DNA of 62,962 nucleotides, filler included, from Sluysia triapertura (lineage: Eukaryota), in the NCBI GenBank assembly GCA_046118255.1. It is 5 parts of 5 records of this genome, joined end to end, with 100 filler letters (N's around TTAATTAATTAA, not from the genome) between each part and the next. Parts side by side here need not be neighbours in the genome. Positions count along the whole stretch, not along the records: positions 36,230 to 51,380 come from JBJNIA010237108.1; positions 51,481 to 62,962 come from JBJNIA010184246.1; 3 more parts are not named here. One strand, written 5' to 3'. Of this stretch, positions 42,422 through 54,834 are shown piece by piece. The position numbers and the translations under genes were made by a program. The notes beneath the pieces are model-generated. The model was given only the letters and a program-made list of their open reading frames with translations, was not told the DNA's origin and did no database searches. Each line of letters begins with the position of its first letter. The first letter of the stretch is position 1.

Positions 42422-43140
42422 TGGCGGCCAACCTATAACTTTTAACAAATTTTAACAAAATTTTACAAAACCACCTTTCACATTTTTTTTACTTTCAAAC
42501 ACTACAGACATAAAATCCCATAGTCTCAGCATCGGAAATAATCAAACATTACTTCAAAAATCAATCGAAACATTTCAAATTAATTTAACACATTGAGCAT
42601 AAAACCACACACTACAACATCTCACCTATTCTATTATCAAAACATTTTTCATATCTTGTTTCTTTCAAATTCACTAAAACCAGTCTCATTTCAAAACCAT
42701 CAATTTACAATTAAAAATTCATCTAAAACATTTTATTTTTCATTTCATAACAGTTCAATCACATACACATCCTAAATTAATGACTGGACACCTTCAAATC
42801 AATTCAAACATCCAAAATTCATAATCTTTTAATATTCAATCCCTAACATCACAGAAAAATAACTTTACTTAAGGTTATTAAGATTTTAAATATGTTTAGA
42901 AATACAAGAACTAAAAGAAAGATTATGTTAATGATTTTGAAAGAATTTATGTCTTTGTCTTACTTCATTAAATTTAATAATTATTACCATTATTATGTTA
43001 ACCATTTTGTTATTATTTGGTGTCATCATTTTATTATTATCAGAATATTAATAAAACGAACCACATGCTACGATGACTAATTAAATCACATTTAACTGTC
43101 ACCATTGTGATCATCATTCACGCAGTACAACTTCATAGTG
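42422..43140 (+). mobile_element. TGGCGGCCAACC motif plus AC-rich leader and mini-ORF (ATG 42892); copy 3 of putative gene-capturing element
   Basis: MFRNTRTKRKIMLMILK then, with a 1-nt shift, NLCLCLTSLNLIIITIIMLTILLLFGVIILLL; homologous to 12634(-). Confidence 0.65.
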
Positions 43141-43299
43141 ACAGATGTGCATTTTAAGTAACATATTTGTATTACTCTTGTGATTGGGCATTCAATCAGT
43201 TCCAGTTGTGATGTTGAATGTCCAATCAGGAAGCTTTCCTATAGCATGACTAGCAATTTCATTACATATCGTACAATCACCAGTATATGTACTTTAACA

Positions 43300-44470
43300 T
43301 TATTTGTTAAAAGTTATTAACAAATAAACAAAGAAAGGACTAATTTTTTAAGAACAAAGATTGTTAAAAATTTTAATAAAATACTGCTACAATCAATGAT
43401 TTACAACATGAAAGTTAACCAAAAACAATTATTGCTAAATTGTATTTCTTCGAGTAAAATTACCTACTTTTTATTTGTATAAAGATAATTAAAAAAAGAA
43501 ATTCATGATCAATTTCGAATTTTTGATTCACTCAAATGTGTCAGATTCTTCCACGATTTTGTTTTATTAGAACAAGAGTTGAAAATATTTTCGTTCACCT
43601 TTCAACCTCAAGTAATCAAGGTCAGGAACCTTTAGTCTTCCAAATTTCAGAAATTCTTGGCATTAAAATCGATGAAACTGTTGAATTTATAGTGTGTTAA
43701 GTAACAGAGCTTTCAAATGGTCTGTTTCACCACCACAGATCATGTATCATTTTCCATTCATATTAGTCATCTTAAATAAATGCATCGAAATTCGCATGTT
43801 TCCATCATCAATACTCATACAAACCTTAAGTGTGGACAATAATGACAATTGTACTCATCGCTATCGCTATCATTTATTAAACAACAATCAGACATGTTGT
43901 TTAGTTGGTACCCCACAGTTGCAGCTAGTTCAAGTTTATTCACAGAATGAGGATTTCGAGTTAGTTTTAATGTTAGTTAAAATAGCATACCTACTTGGTG
44001 AAGACACAAAAGCACTTTCTAAGATTAATCGTAATTATGCAAGAATGCAAGCTTGAAAAATCAGTCAATATATTCATAAACACGACAATAGTTCCGTTAG
44101 ATATTCTCGCTACTTGCTCAAAAATATGCCCGGAGAATTTAAATAAAGTATTAACTAGATGTTGGAATGATAACTCTAATGAAGAAGGAAACTCTTAGGT
44201 CACAAACTCCTTGAGAAAAATTTTGGTTAAATGGTTAAAGGATTCTCAGAAATGTTGAGATATAAACAGTAATTCTAAAACATCAACTGAAATGCACCAA
44301 TCATTCTATGCTAAAATGTCCTTGTTAAACCCAGAGCAATTAATCAAATGTTATTTATTAATTGACATGTTAACTCAGCAAAACCATCGACAAATACTCG
44401 AAATCAGTTCACAAGTCATAATCTTGCACAAGTATTGAAAATCTCTTATCGAAATATGTTCAGGAAAGAA
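43300..44470 (+). pseudogene. VPS39: VPS39/Vam6-like (CNH domain) fragment, frameshifted, no evident introns
   Basis: GQEPLVFQI, KWSVSPPQIMYHFPFILVILNKCIEIRMFPSSILIQTLSV, QLVQVYSQNEDFELVLML and KLEKSVNIF...PLDILATCSKICP follow the VPS39 motif order. The paralog TGFBRAP1 is not excluded. Confidence 0.7.
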
Positions 44471-44538
44471 ATTTAAATAATAAAACTTTTAGTATTATGA
44501 ATAAATTATAAGTTAATTTTGTTGATCTTTCGATCGAA

Positions 44539-45484
44539 TGTTACATGGATTTAAAGTTAATTAAATGTAAAAATTTTTTTATAATCTATAAACATACATT
44601 AACATTAAAATTAAATCATGTAAAGGTTTCAATTAATAGACAAATCTTATTTAAATTTAAAAATTGTTCATTGCAAAATCAAATACCCATTACAACCAAA
44701 CTCGATTCTTTTATTGCTATTTGGTATTTTTTATTTTTCTGATTTATTATTATTATTAATTTAAAGCGTACCTTGATTATATATGTATTTCAAATAGTTG
44801 CCAATTGATCAAATGTAAAATTATCGAATAATTGTCAATAATCAAATCACTGCTATTGCTAGTGTTTTCTTAAACTTAACTTATTCACTGCAAATTATCT
44901 GAGAGGTCGGTTCGCCTAATATATACGATTTATATCACTAATTGGAGACGTACTATAAGGTTTTCTTAATTACACTTAACTGGCTTTTAACTTATGACTT
45001 AAGACTTATCTTTTATATTTAATCGCTTGAAGTACTTTAATCAGTTTGTATTACAATCCTTTATTAGGTATTGTGAAATTAAACTTTTATATTTTAAACT
45101 TACGCAACCTGTGTTAAGGTGTTGCTTTCTCAAAATAAATAGGTTTCGCAACCCGTGTTAAGGTGTTGCTTCGAAATATATATTAGTATTTTAGAAGATT
45201 CCGCAACCCGTATTAAGGTGTTGCTTTGCAAAACGGATTTTAGGTTAATAACAAAAGAAGCTTAAAAATTCTTTAAGTATATTACAGTACAAAATCTAAA
45301 ACCTACAAAAAATGACTTATATTAAAAATAAGATTTTAGTTCAACCACTCAATTATTAATTGGCTGTTTTGTATTTTAGGATTTTCCGCAACCCGTGTAT
45401 TAAGGTGTTGCATCAAAAAATAAAATCAGTTTAAGTATATTTTAGGTTTCCTTCCTTAAAGTGAAACCGTGCAAGCCTATAACA
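44539..45484 (+). mobile_element. LTR-like element containing hairpin repeat array
   Basis: TGTTA...TAACA ends (no clear TSD); 44855-44945 is homologous to 47760-47840. Confidence 0.5.
45053..45411 (+). repeat. Interspaced 23-25 nt hairpin repeats (CGCAACCCGTGTTAAGGTGTTGC)
   Basis: Copies at 45103-45125, 45147-45169, 45202-45224 and 45387-45411, plus a degenerate one at ~45053; unique spacers of 21, 32 and 162 nt. Confidence 0.85.
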
Positions 45485-47579
45485 ATAATAATTGTTCATG
45501 GAATTGAAAATGAAAATATTCTTCAAATAAAAGTTTCTGCTGGAACGATAAAATTTTGTTGATCACCAAAAACGTTGTGCCAAGAGTTTATTCTAAAAAT
45601 TTGTTCTAAACTGTTGTCAAAATTTTATGTTAAAACTCACCTATTTATATCTAATTTATTTTAAGATGTCTTCCGATAAAATAAATTAACACATTTAAAC
45701 AAATTTGATTTCATATTTTATTTTAATTTCTTAATTTTCTAATTTTAAATTTTATTAATTTCAATTCCATTAATCTTATTTTAATTCATTTAATTTCTTA
45801 TTAAATTAATTTCAATTCCAAAAATTTTATATTTTGAATATTTTATTTAGTAATTTTATAATTATATTTAATATAATAATAATAAATATTTAATAAAAAT
45901 GAAAATACATAATAAACAAAATATTTAATAAAAATACACATTACATGAATTCTTTATACATGACTTGTTAAACCTAACACTATTAATGCAAATGAATAAA
46001 AGAAATCAATTATTTTTCTACTTTATACTACTAAATATCTTTATATTAATTTCTACTGTGCTTATATTGGTTCTGTTTTATAACTATTTTGTATTGTTAA
46101 TTTATTTCTATTATTTTATGTGACAAATTTCTTTCTACAGTTAACTAATTTCATTCTATTTAATGTGGTCAGTTTTATCTCAATTTTTTTAAAAATATCA
46201 AAAAGTGTGAGAAATGCAATTTTTATTCATCTAAAAGTTTTTCGTGTGATATATAATGAAACAGTCGAACAAACAATCCAACATTAAAATCATATATATC
46301 GTGTTTTTTTCTTTTTGAGGGTTTTGGATAAGGCCTATCTCTCAGAAGGTGGTCTTCCTCTTTTACGCGCGCAAACACCATAAAGTACATCCGACACAAC
46401 TTAACCCACTCTCGAAAGATTTTGCATCTTACATATCATCTCTTTACTCACAACGTAAAACCTTATAATTTAACCTTATAATTTTGATGACATTGATAAT
46501 GTTGACAAATTAGTAGAGAATTTTCGTAACTAAACTGCACAGTTTGCAGTTTATACAATAAAAGTCTTGAATCCTGTTGTTACTTTTAAAAGACCAGCAA
46601 AGATCCCAAAAAGAATTATCCTGTTAGAAAAGAATTTGCACGTATATTTCGTTTGATAGATAATAAGACTTTTTGTACTTCAAGTAAAAACCTTAGTAAT
46701 ATTTCTGACGAAACTAATGTAGATGGATCTAGATGCGATAATATTGAAATTACCGAAAATCTAAATTTATCATGAATAGAAATGGACAAATAGGATATTA
46801 ATGATTACTATGGAAATAATGTACCTGATGAAAAAGGTATTCTATGTTGCAAAAGAAGATTGCGATGATTCTGATTATACAGATCAAATTTATTATGAGT
46901 TGTGTGTATGTATATTCAAAGATAATTTCCTACTATTGTATAAATAAGATGATAATAGTGATCTTCCGATCGTTACTTCTCCGTATTCAAGACTTGATCA
47001 TCTTGAAGCCGATCATCTTCTATTTTACTATTTGTACTAACTTTATAATTATTAATTTTTCCAACAAATTCTTTTGACTATCTTAGAAGTAACTCAGAAT
47101 TTCAGTAGTAAACGATGATGCCACGAATAATATTAAATTTTAAATTCATATTACTTGTAGCTATCAGAATCCCAACCAACCTTTTCGATCGCAGTAATAA
47201 TAATTACTCAGTATACAAATAGAGGTTTAGGATATTTAGGATATCCATCAATATATCGAGAAAAGTTATTCTAAACTTTTCCATGAGGTATCTAAAATTT
47301 CAAAAAGTTAATTTTAGTGTTCTTTGCTGTTTCATTTTCTATCCAGGTATAATCCCAAGGTATTTATTAATCCCGATTGAACTTAGTGCAGTAGCTTTAG
47401 TTTCAAAGTGCCTTAACCACTATTCTCGATTAATTCATAACTACAACAATAAAGAGATTAGATTCGATTATGACGAACATGTCATAAAAGCGCCCTCTAG
47501 GCTTATTACTAAATTTAAATGTAAACACCATATATAATTGTACCTAAATGCCTTAAAAATATGTTTCATTTATTATTAT

Positions 47580-48020
47580 TGTTAGGTTGTCATCGCAACC
47601 ATCAAAAATCATTAAACTCCATAAAGGAAAACTTTTAAAGTCATTAATTTCTATAAAAGGAAATTATTTTCCAAAAAAGAAAATAACATTTTCTAAAAAA
47701 AATAAAACCAAAAATTCTAGAATTTTCGAAAGGTAAAACCCTCTTTAATAATTTATTTCAATTGCTAGTATTTCCTTATACTTAACAAATTATCTGAAGG
47801 GTCAGTTCGCCTAGTATATACGTTTTATACCAAACTAGGTTTTAGAATTTTAAAGCTTAACTTAAAGACTAAGTAAATTGATCAGTTATTTTTTGCGCTT
47901 ACACGACAAATTAATTCTATACTTAACGTTTAGTTTATATTGAACAACTAAATAAAATTTGTTTCTTTAAATCGTTGAAGTTTAGGTATATTTCACAACC
48001 CTTTTATTAAGGTGTTGTTA
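47580..48020 (+). mobile_element. LTR-like fragment
   Basis: Begins TGTTAGGTTGTCATCGCAACC like 26417; the distal half matches 44855-45125, including one hairpin copy at ~47995. Confidence 0.6.
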
Positions 48021-48671
48021 TATAAAAATATTTTACTATTTCATTTAGTTGTTACTTAATTAATATATACGAAAACTTATATTTTTTAAATGCGTGAGAT
48101 CAATACACCACTACTGGAGACTTACATTATAGAAATTCGTTAATTAAAAATAGAATTTATCTCTTCCATATTCTATGCAATTAAGATAACATTCGGATGT
48201 ATATGTTGAAAGATTCTTAAAATTTAATTTCTTACCCAAAGTAATTTATCACTAATGGTCATAAAAATAATTTAAATTATACATTCATAATAATGGATTC
48301 AATGACACATTTTCAACTTAATGAAATACAAGTTTTAAAAATTTTACAAATCGTGTAAAACTTGTTTCATTTAACTAAATTGTTTTAAATTTGGTAAATG
48401 AACTTTATGCTGAAAAATTGAAGCATAATGTAATTTTTCAATTTGCATCGATTGCAGTACTGAACCTAAAAAGTATTATTATGAATCTAATACTTAAAAT
48501 GAATAAGCACATTCTTTACATAGTTTATCATTACAGGCTAAATCCTGTAAAGATAGTATACTTTTATTTACTTCATATATGTTAGCTTAATTAAAAAAAT
48601 TATTTTGTAATTAATTCATTTAATAAACAAATTTCACGATAATTATATTGAAAAATCAAGCATATTCTTAA

Positions 48672-49480
48672 TTAAGAATGCAAAATTCTATTGAATGCTC
48701 CATAAGCTGATTCTATGTCGAAAGTCATTTGTCTAGCTTGATTTTCATCCAATACATCAGATGCTTGCATAGCCCCAAGAGTATCAAGCCAGAATTTAAC
48801 TTTAGGTCGACCTTCAAAATTTGAATCTAATATACTCATCCTATTCATTGTTTCATATAAATTTTGTAAATCTGGATGCAGCTAAACTTATTAAACTTAT
48901 TTTTGAAAAAACTTACATCATCCATAGCTCGAATACTTAAACGTAACTTATCAAGTATAGTTATAAAATCCTAAAAATAAATTAAATGTAATTAAAATTA
49001 CCGAAACGATATCAGCTATACATTTACTCATATTTCCTTTATCATCTTTAATCGTAATTGGCCTACCTTCTTTAATTCGTTCTAGTGCAGCAGGACAATC
49101 CATCTTAATTATTTTATGACCTGTTAAATATAATTACCTTATATTTTTTCATAAATAATTCAACTGTTGGAAAATCCTCATCAACTTGTTTTAGTGCTGC
49201 CTTGTATTGAATTAACAATCTACTACATGCAGCAGTATACCTATTTCATACAAACATAAATTATATATAAGTACTCTCTTGAATCTGTAATGTGATCTTT
49301 AATGTAAGCTTTTTCTAAAGATTGTAATGTATTAATAACAGCATACAACTCAGCCATATTATCGTATTTATTTCTTTCTCGGGCACTTCTGTACAGTTTA
49401 ACTTCCTTTAATAAATTAAGATAAATTTAATTTACTTCTAAAAGTTCGGGTTTTGGTGTTCCTTGTATATTAGGAAACAT
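48672..49480 (-). CDS. VPS28: Vacuolar protein sorting-associated protein 28 (ESCRT-I), 214 aa, 6 exons
   Basis: Exons 49480-49436, 49405-49275, 49240-49138, 49103-49002, 48970-48917 and 48881-48672 splice in frame: [37 protein letters not shown]...[13 protein letters not shown]...[24 protein letters not shown]...[10 protein letters not shown]...[22 protein letters not shown]. Confidence 0.97.
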
Positions 49481-51380
49481 GACAATAACAAGTATTTGTT
49501 AAAATAGTAAAATCTTGAAAAAGACTATATAATTATTAAATATCAATTTAGAAATATCGAAATAAATATATAAAGAAATAATAAATATTTTCATAAATAT
49601 TTCTTAAAGAAAAGTAGTTAAATTTTTTTTAAGTTAAAAAATTGTATTTTAATAAATTATTGTAGTTTAATAAACGGAATTAATGAAAATTTAGAGTAAA
49701 TAAACAAGTTCAACAACTAAAATAATAAAATAAAATAATAATAATAACAATAATAATTAGATTTTAAAAAGTCTTGATTTCAATATAGTTTAAATATTTT
49801 AAATTCAAATGAGATTTTTTAAGGTCAAATCTTCAGTATATAAAAGTGATGATGTGCATTAACATACCACCAATTAACATTTTTAAAACAGCTGTCAGTG
49901 CGTTAACGCCCAATTCAAATCAGTAATAATAGAATTATTGAGTGCAAAATAATTATAAATTTTTTATTGAGCTGTAGCACCCAAATTATAATACAATTAT
50001 TTATAAGGTGTGACGCTTATAACAAAAAATACAATAAAATCAAATGAATGAATTATAAGGCATTATGTAAAGTGTAGACAAAAAGTATAAACTTATGATT
50101 AGACAACTGATATAAGAAACGACAAAAAGGTGTTTAATTTTATAATAAGCAAGTATACGTGTACGCTTGACGTGTTATTGCCAAAGTCAGTGGCTGGGAC
50201 TGTTACGCTTAAAAAACTATAAGAATATTAATAAAATTGTAAGAATAATAATTAAATAACAGTAATAATAATTTAAAAAATTAATTGTAAAACTAAGCAT
50301 GTAACGCCATTATTATATTAATATTGTGACATCTTTGTAAGTAAATATAATTATATATTATAAACATTAATAGGCATAGTGCTTTCTTGGAAAAAATGTA
50401 GGATGTAACGCCGAGTTAAGTGGAGACGAAGAAGGCTAAAAACTGCACAAGAGAAAATATGAACAAAATTAGATGAAAGAATAATTGTAATTCCAATTAT
50501 TTGGTTTAATGTTAAATTCCTGAATCAACCTGTCTATCAACTTAAATAAACTTACTATTATTTCTTATTACTGGTCATTTGTTCTATGTCTTCCGATGCC
50601 GATCTGATTCTGTTCTGCTGTTTTACTGTTAAAATAAATCATAAGTTAATTTTGTTAAGTTTCATCCTGAAATAAATTAAGGATTTAAATCATACTAAAA
50701 TCAGTGTTATAGAGTAATACTGTAATAAATCTAGTATTGGATCTCATAAAAATTTATATTTGTTATTAAGAGAAATCTTAATAATTTAATAGCGCATATT
50801 TACTATATTTTTTAAATTGTTATAATTTTTGTATCTTCTGTTGTGCCTCTTATACTTTTTATTTCACAAATGATTAATCAAAACCCAATAATTAAACAAC
50901 TTCAGAATCTCGATATATTCCTTGAATAATCAAAAATAACAATTTAAAAGATAATAATTATTCTTTATGACAACGACAATATAAAATACTCTTTAAACTA
51001 TTCTTTATAAAAAATTGCAAATTACTCTCTTTAACAACGTAAATTACTCTTTAAAAACAAATTAAAAAGCCAGGGATGACATAACTTAAATCCTTGCACC
51101 CGAATTAATGCAAAATGTACTCAATACAAAATAGATCACTAACCCTAGGTCCTCTAGCTCTAAATGTTTATATTGATCAGTTCCTAAAGAATAAGCCCTG
51201 ATATCACCGTTAACCTCAGATGTATCAAGGCAGCGTCCTTCAGCTAGAAAGATTTGATATTTCACTTTAATGCTTATCTCTGTCAATTTTTCTTTCTAAT
51301 TTTATGCAAAAATGTAACTGCTTATATAGCAGTTTTATGATGCCATAGGAAATTAAAATGAAGAACTGAACAATACGGAA

Positions 51381-51480
51381 NNNNNNNNNNNNNNNNNNNN
51401 NNNNNNNNNNNNNNNNNNNNNNNNTTAATTAATTAANNNNNNNNNNNNNNNNNNNNNNNNNNNNNNNNNNNNNNNNNNNN
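51381..51480. other. Artificial contig linker / gap
   Basis: N44-TTAATTAATTAA-N44; followed by (TTA)n at 51481-51550. Confidence 0.98.
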
Positions 51481-51550
<70 letters not shown>

Positions 51551-51832
51551 CATTTTGCCATTTTATGATGCATTTAACAATTGCTTATTCAAAAAGAAGA
51601 AATAGTTTCAGTATTGCAGCTGAATTTATTTATATTAAACATCATGTTTACTAAGATAAAATGAGTTTTGAGATTTGATAGAAACTTATCAACATATGAG
51701 CCAAATTACAATATCGTTTTAAATATTTGGAAAATATATCAAATAATAATATATATAGAATTTCATTATTTTTTGTTTCAATGAACTGTTTTATAATATC
51801 ACCAATTATCATTATTATTATTGTTATTATTA

Positions 51833-51882
<50 letters not shown>

Positions 51883-52699
51883 TAACGATATTTATATAAT
51901 TTATTGAATTTTAGATCTACAGTCTATGAAATTTGTTCAATTATTAACACGGTTGCAAATCGGTACAATATTATATATACTATTGACTTGCCCTTTGTTT
52001 GCGGTTTAGAGAATGAGTCCAATTTATTTATTCCTGTCCTGAATTAAATGTAACTGCAATACTAATCATATTAATTAATAATCAGATACATTAAACTTAA
52101 AATTAGTACGGCACTTAAATAAGGAAAATAATAATAATATATTTAGTTATTTAGTTATTTATTTATTTATTTACATTACGATCATATCTACTACAAAATA
52201 AGTACTCAAAAGCGCTTAAAATAAATCATTCAATATAGTATTTCTGAAACAGAAATAACTTTGCCTTTTCCTTAAATATTTCATAATCTTCTAGTTATTT
52301 GACATTCTCTGGTATCTGTATATTTTTGAAACATAAAAGGTATAAAGCATATCACCGAGCTTAATATCACTGTGGATTCTGTATCAATTATTATGTCTCA
52401 AATTATTTATTATTTTATTATTGTTTCCAAATTATTTATTATTCTAAGAGATAATGTAATGTAAGCATTTGTAAATTATTGTTATGATTTGTAATTCCTT
52501 TAATTTAAAAAAAATTATTTAAATTTAAATATAAGCCCATACTAATGAAATATTGACATAAATTTACGTAAAAAATTTTTCAACAAACTATTGGTGACAA
52601 TTTTATGAATTTTTATGTTTATTTACTAATTTTCCTAGTTCACGAATAAGGAAATAACTATTCAATTCTCATTTTCACTAAAGTCAACTCCATTCCAAT

Positions 52700-53553
52700 T
52701 GTTACATTGTCATCACGACCCTATAAAATTATATAAAATGCTTTAAAATTATTTATAAACCCCTAAAAACACTTTAAAAATATGTTTATTTTTCAAAAAA
52801 AGAAATTTATTTTCAAAAAGAGAAAATTTGCTTCTAAAAATAGAATAGAAGCTTCTAGAATATTATAGATTTTCATTGGCTGATGACTAGTATATAAACT
52901 AGCATCAGTTTAATGAAAATAGCTATTTTACAAATATAATTCAATTTGTCAATAATCAGCGCCATTTTTGAAAATACTATATTTAGCAGCCGCCATTTGA
53001 TCAGCTTTACAAGGATTCGAGGTTTTAGTCAAGTGATTCTTCAGTAAAATATTGCAACAAGGACCTCCTCGTTCTAATTTTATCTGTTTATTCCATGATT
53101 TTATTTTTTCTTAAATCAGAAGCTTAAAATATACGTAAAATCAGAAATTTATCTTTGTATTGTAAGAACTCCGATATATTGAAGGGAAACTTTCGACTTA
53201 AATTCTAAAAGGAAGTAAATTAAAGATCCCAAAAGGATTTTAATCTTAAAATAACAATTGAATTTTTATTTTTTCTGTTGTTCATTGTGTAAATTTTGTT
53301 TTTGAATTTTAGTTACTTTTAAGATTATATTTAATTTAATATAATTAAAGTTGATTAAGTTTTTATTGTGACATAAATTTTAAGATACCCTTAGAAATCA
53401 TTAAGTTATGAAGGTGCTAAACGTGTTTTTTCGAGTAACTATAGTAAAGATATTAACTTATCAAGTGCAGAAACGCCAACTATACGTTTACTCTAACTGA
53501 ACCCTGCTCAATTTTTATTTTGCCGTAGGTTTAGCTTTAACAAAACCAGAGCA
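52700..53553 (+). repeat. 5' LTR
   Basis: TG...CA ends; homologous to solo LTRs at 26417 and 34365; the PBS lies 5 nt downstream. Confidence 0.8.
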
Positions 53554-53558
53554 AAATT

Positions 53559-53576
53559 TGGCACCCGAATTGGGAC
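53559..53576 (+). promoter_or_regulatory. Primer binding site, tRNA-Lys-like
   Basis: TGGCACCCGAATTGGGAC versus the canonical tRNA-Lys3 PBS TGGCGCCCGAACAGGGAC (15 of 18 match). Confidence 0.8.
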
Positions 53577-54834
53577 CAACATAAGTTAGGTATTTACGTT
53601 GAATTTTTAAGCCAGTATTAAGCGAATTAAAGTGTTAAATTTTTAAGTTTTGATATTGTAAAGTATTAGATTTTTATAATTTTTAAGTTTAAAAGTAAGA
53701 TTAAGCTTTGATACTTTGAGTTAAGTTGCATTTTCTACAATATAAGTTATATTTTCATTTGAATTTTTAACATTTTTAAGTGATAAGTTAAGCATTAAGT
53801 TTTTTTGCACCGATTTATATTTTATAAGTTATTTTATAAGTTATTTTGATAAGATTTTCATAAGTTTAAGGTTATAAGTTTGAATTATATTGTTATTCAG
53901 TTATCTAAGTAAGTTAAGATTAAGTTTAAGCTTCTGAATTGTGAATTTTAACGAGTTTAAGTATTAAATTTTGAACTTTTAAGTTATAGGTTTAAGTTAT
54001 ATCGAATATTTTGATAATTAAGTAAAGTTTTCATTAAGTTTAAGTTACTATAAGTAAATATTTCAATTATCCCTTAAATATCTGATAAGTTATAGTTGAT
54101 TTTTATAAGTTTAAGTAAGAATTTATAAGTTTCTTACTTTTTTGTGTTAACTTGATGTTTTTTATTTTTATCATAAGTTTAACATTAAGTTATATAAGTT
54201 TAAGAGTTGTTTTAAGTTGTTTATTAAGAATTTCATTGGGTTTTCATAATATTTGTTAAGTTTCAGTTAATTATTTGAATTTTACATAAGTTTTAAGTAA
54301 GTTATACCCATAATTTTGATAAAAGTTAAGTTTATAATTACGATTTTCCTCGATTTTATTGAATTAACGTATCATTTTGAATTTTATTTAAGTTTCCTTG
54401 ATTTGATTAGTAAAAGTTTATAAGTTTTCCCACATTTGTTAAGTTTTATGAAATATTTGTACGATTTTTAACATTAACTCAATAAGTTTTACATTAATTT
54501 TGATAATAAGTTTTAGTTTTACAGTTTATTTGCTAAGTTACATAAGTTTTAAGTTTGATTACAAGTTCATTTTATTGTAATTAAGTTTAAAATTATTCAT
54601 AAAAGCTTCCCCGATTAAGTGCTATAAGATTTTTATGTATAATTGTTGATATTTTTTCAAGTTTAATTGAATTTAATTAATTTTTCTTGATTTAAGTTTA
54701 AAATATCTTTATTTTGATAAGTTATAAGTTTATATTTAAGATTTTAAGTCTTCACAAAAGATACACCAAGTCTAATTGAATTTACTAAGGATAAGAAAAA
54801 GCTTAGAAGAAATCATCCATTACAAACTAATAAG

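Noticed and set aside
45103-45411. True CRISPR array
   Set aside because: Eukaryotic context, no cas genes, irregular spacers (21, 32, 162 nt), embedded in an LTR-like repeat.
10852-51480. Repeated TTAATTAATTAA palindrome inside N runs
   Set aside because: Identical 100-nt artificial linker with six-frame stops; not biological.
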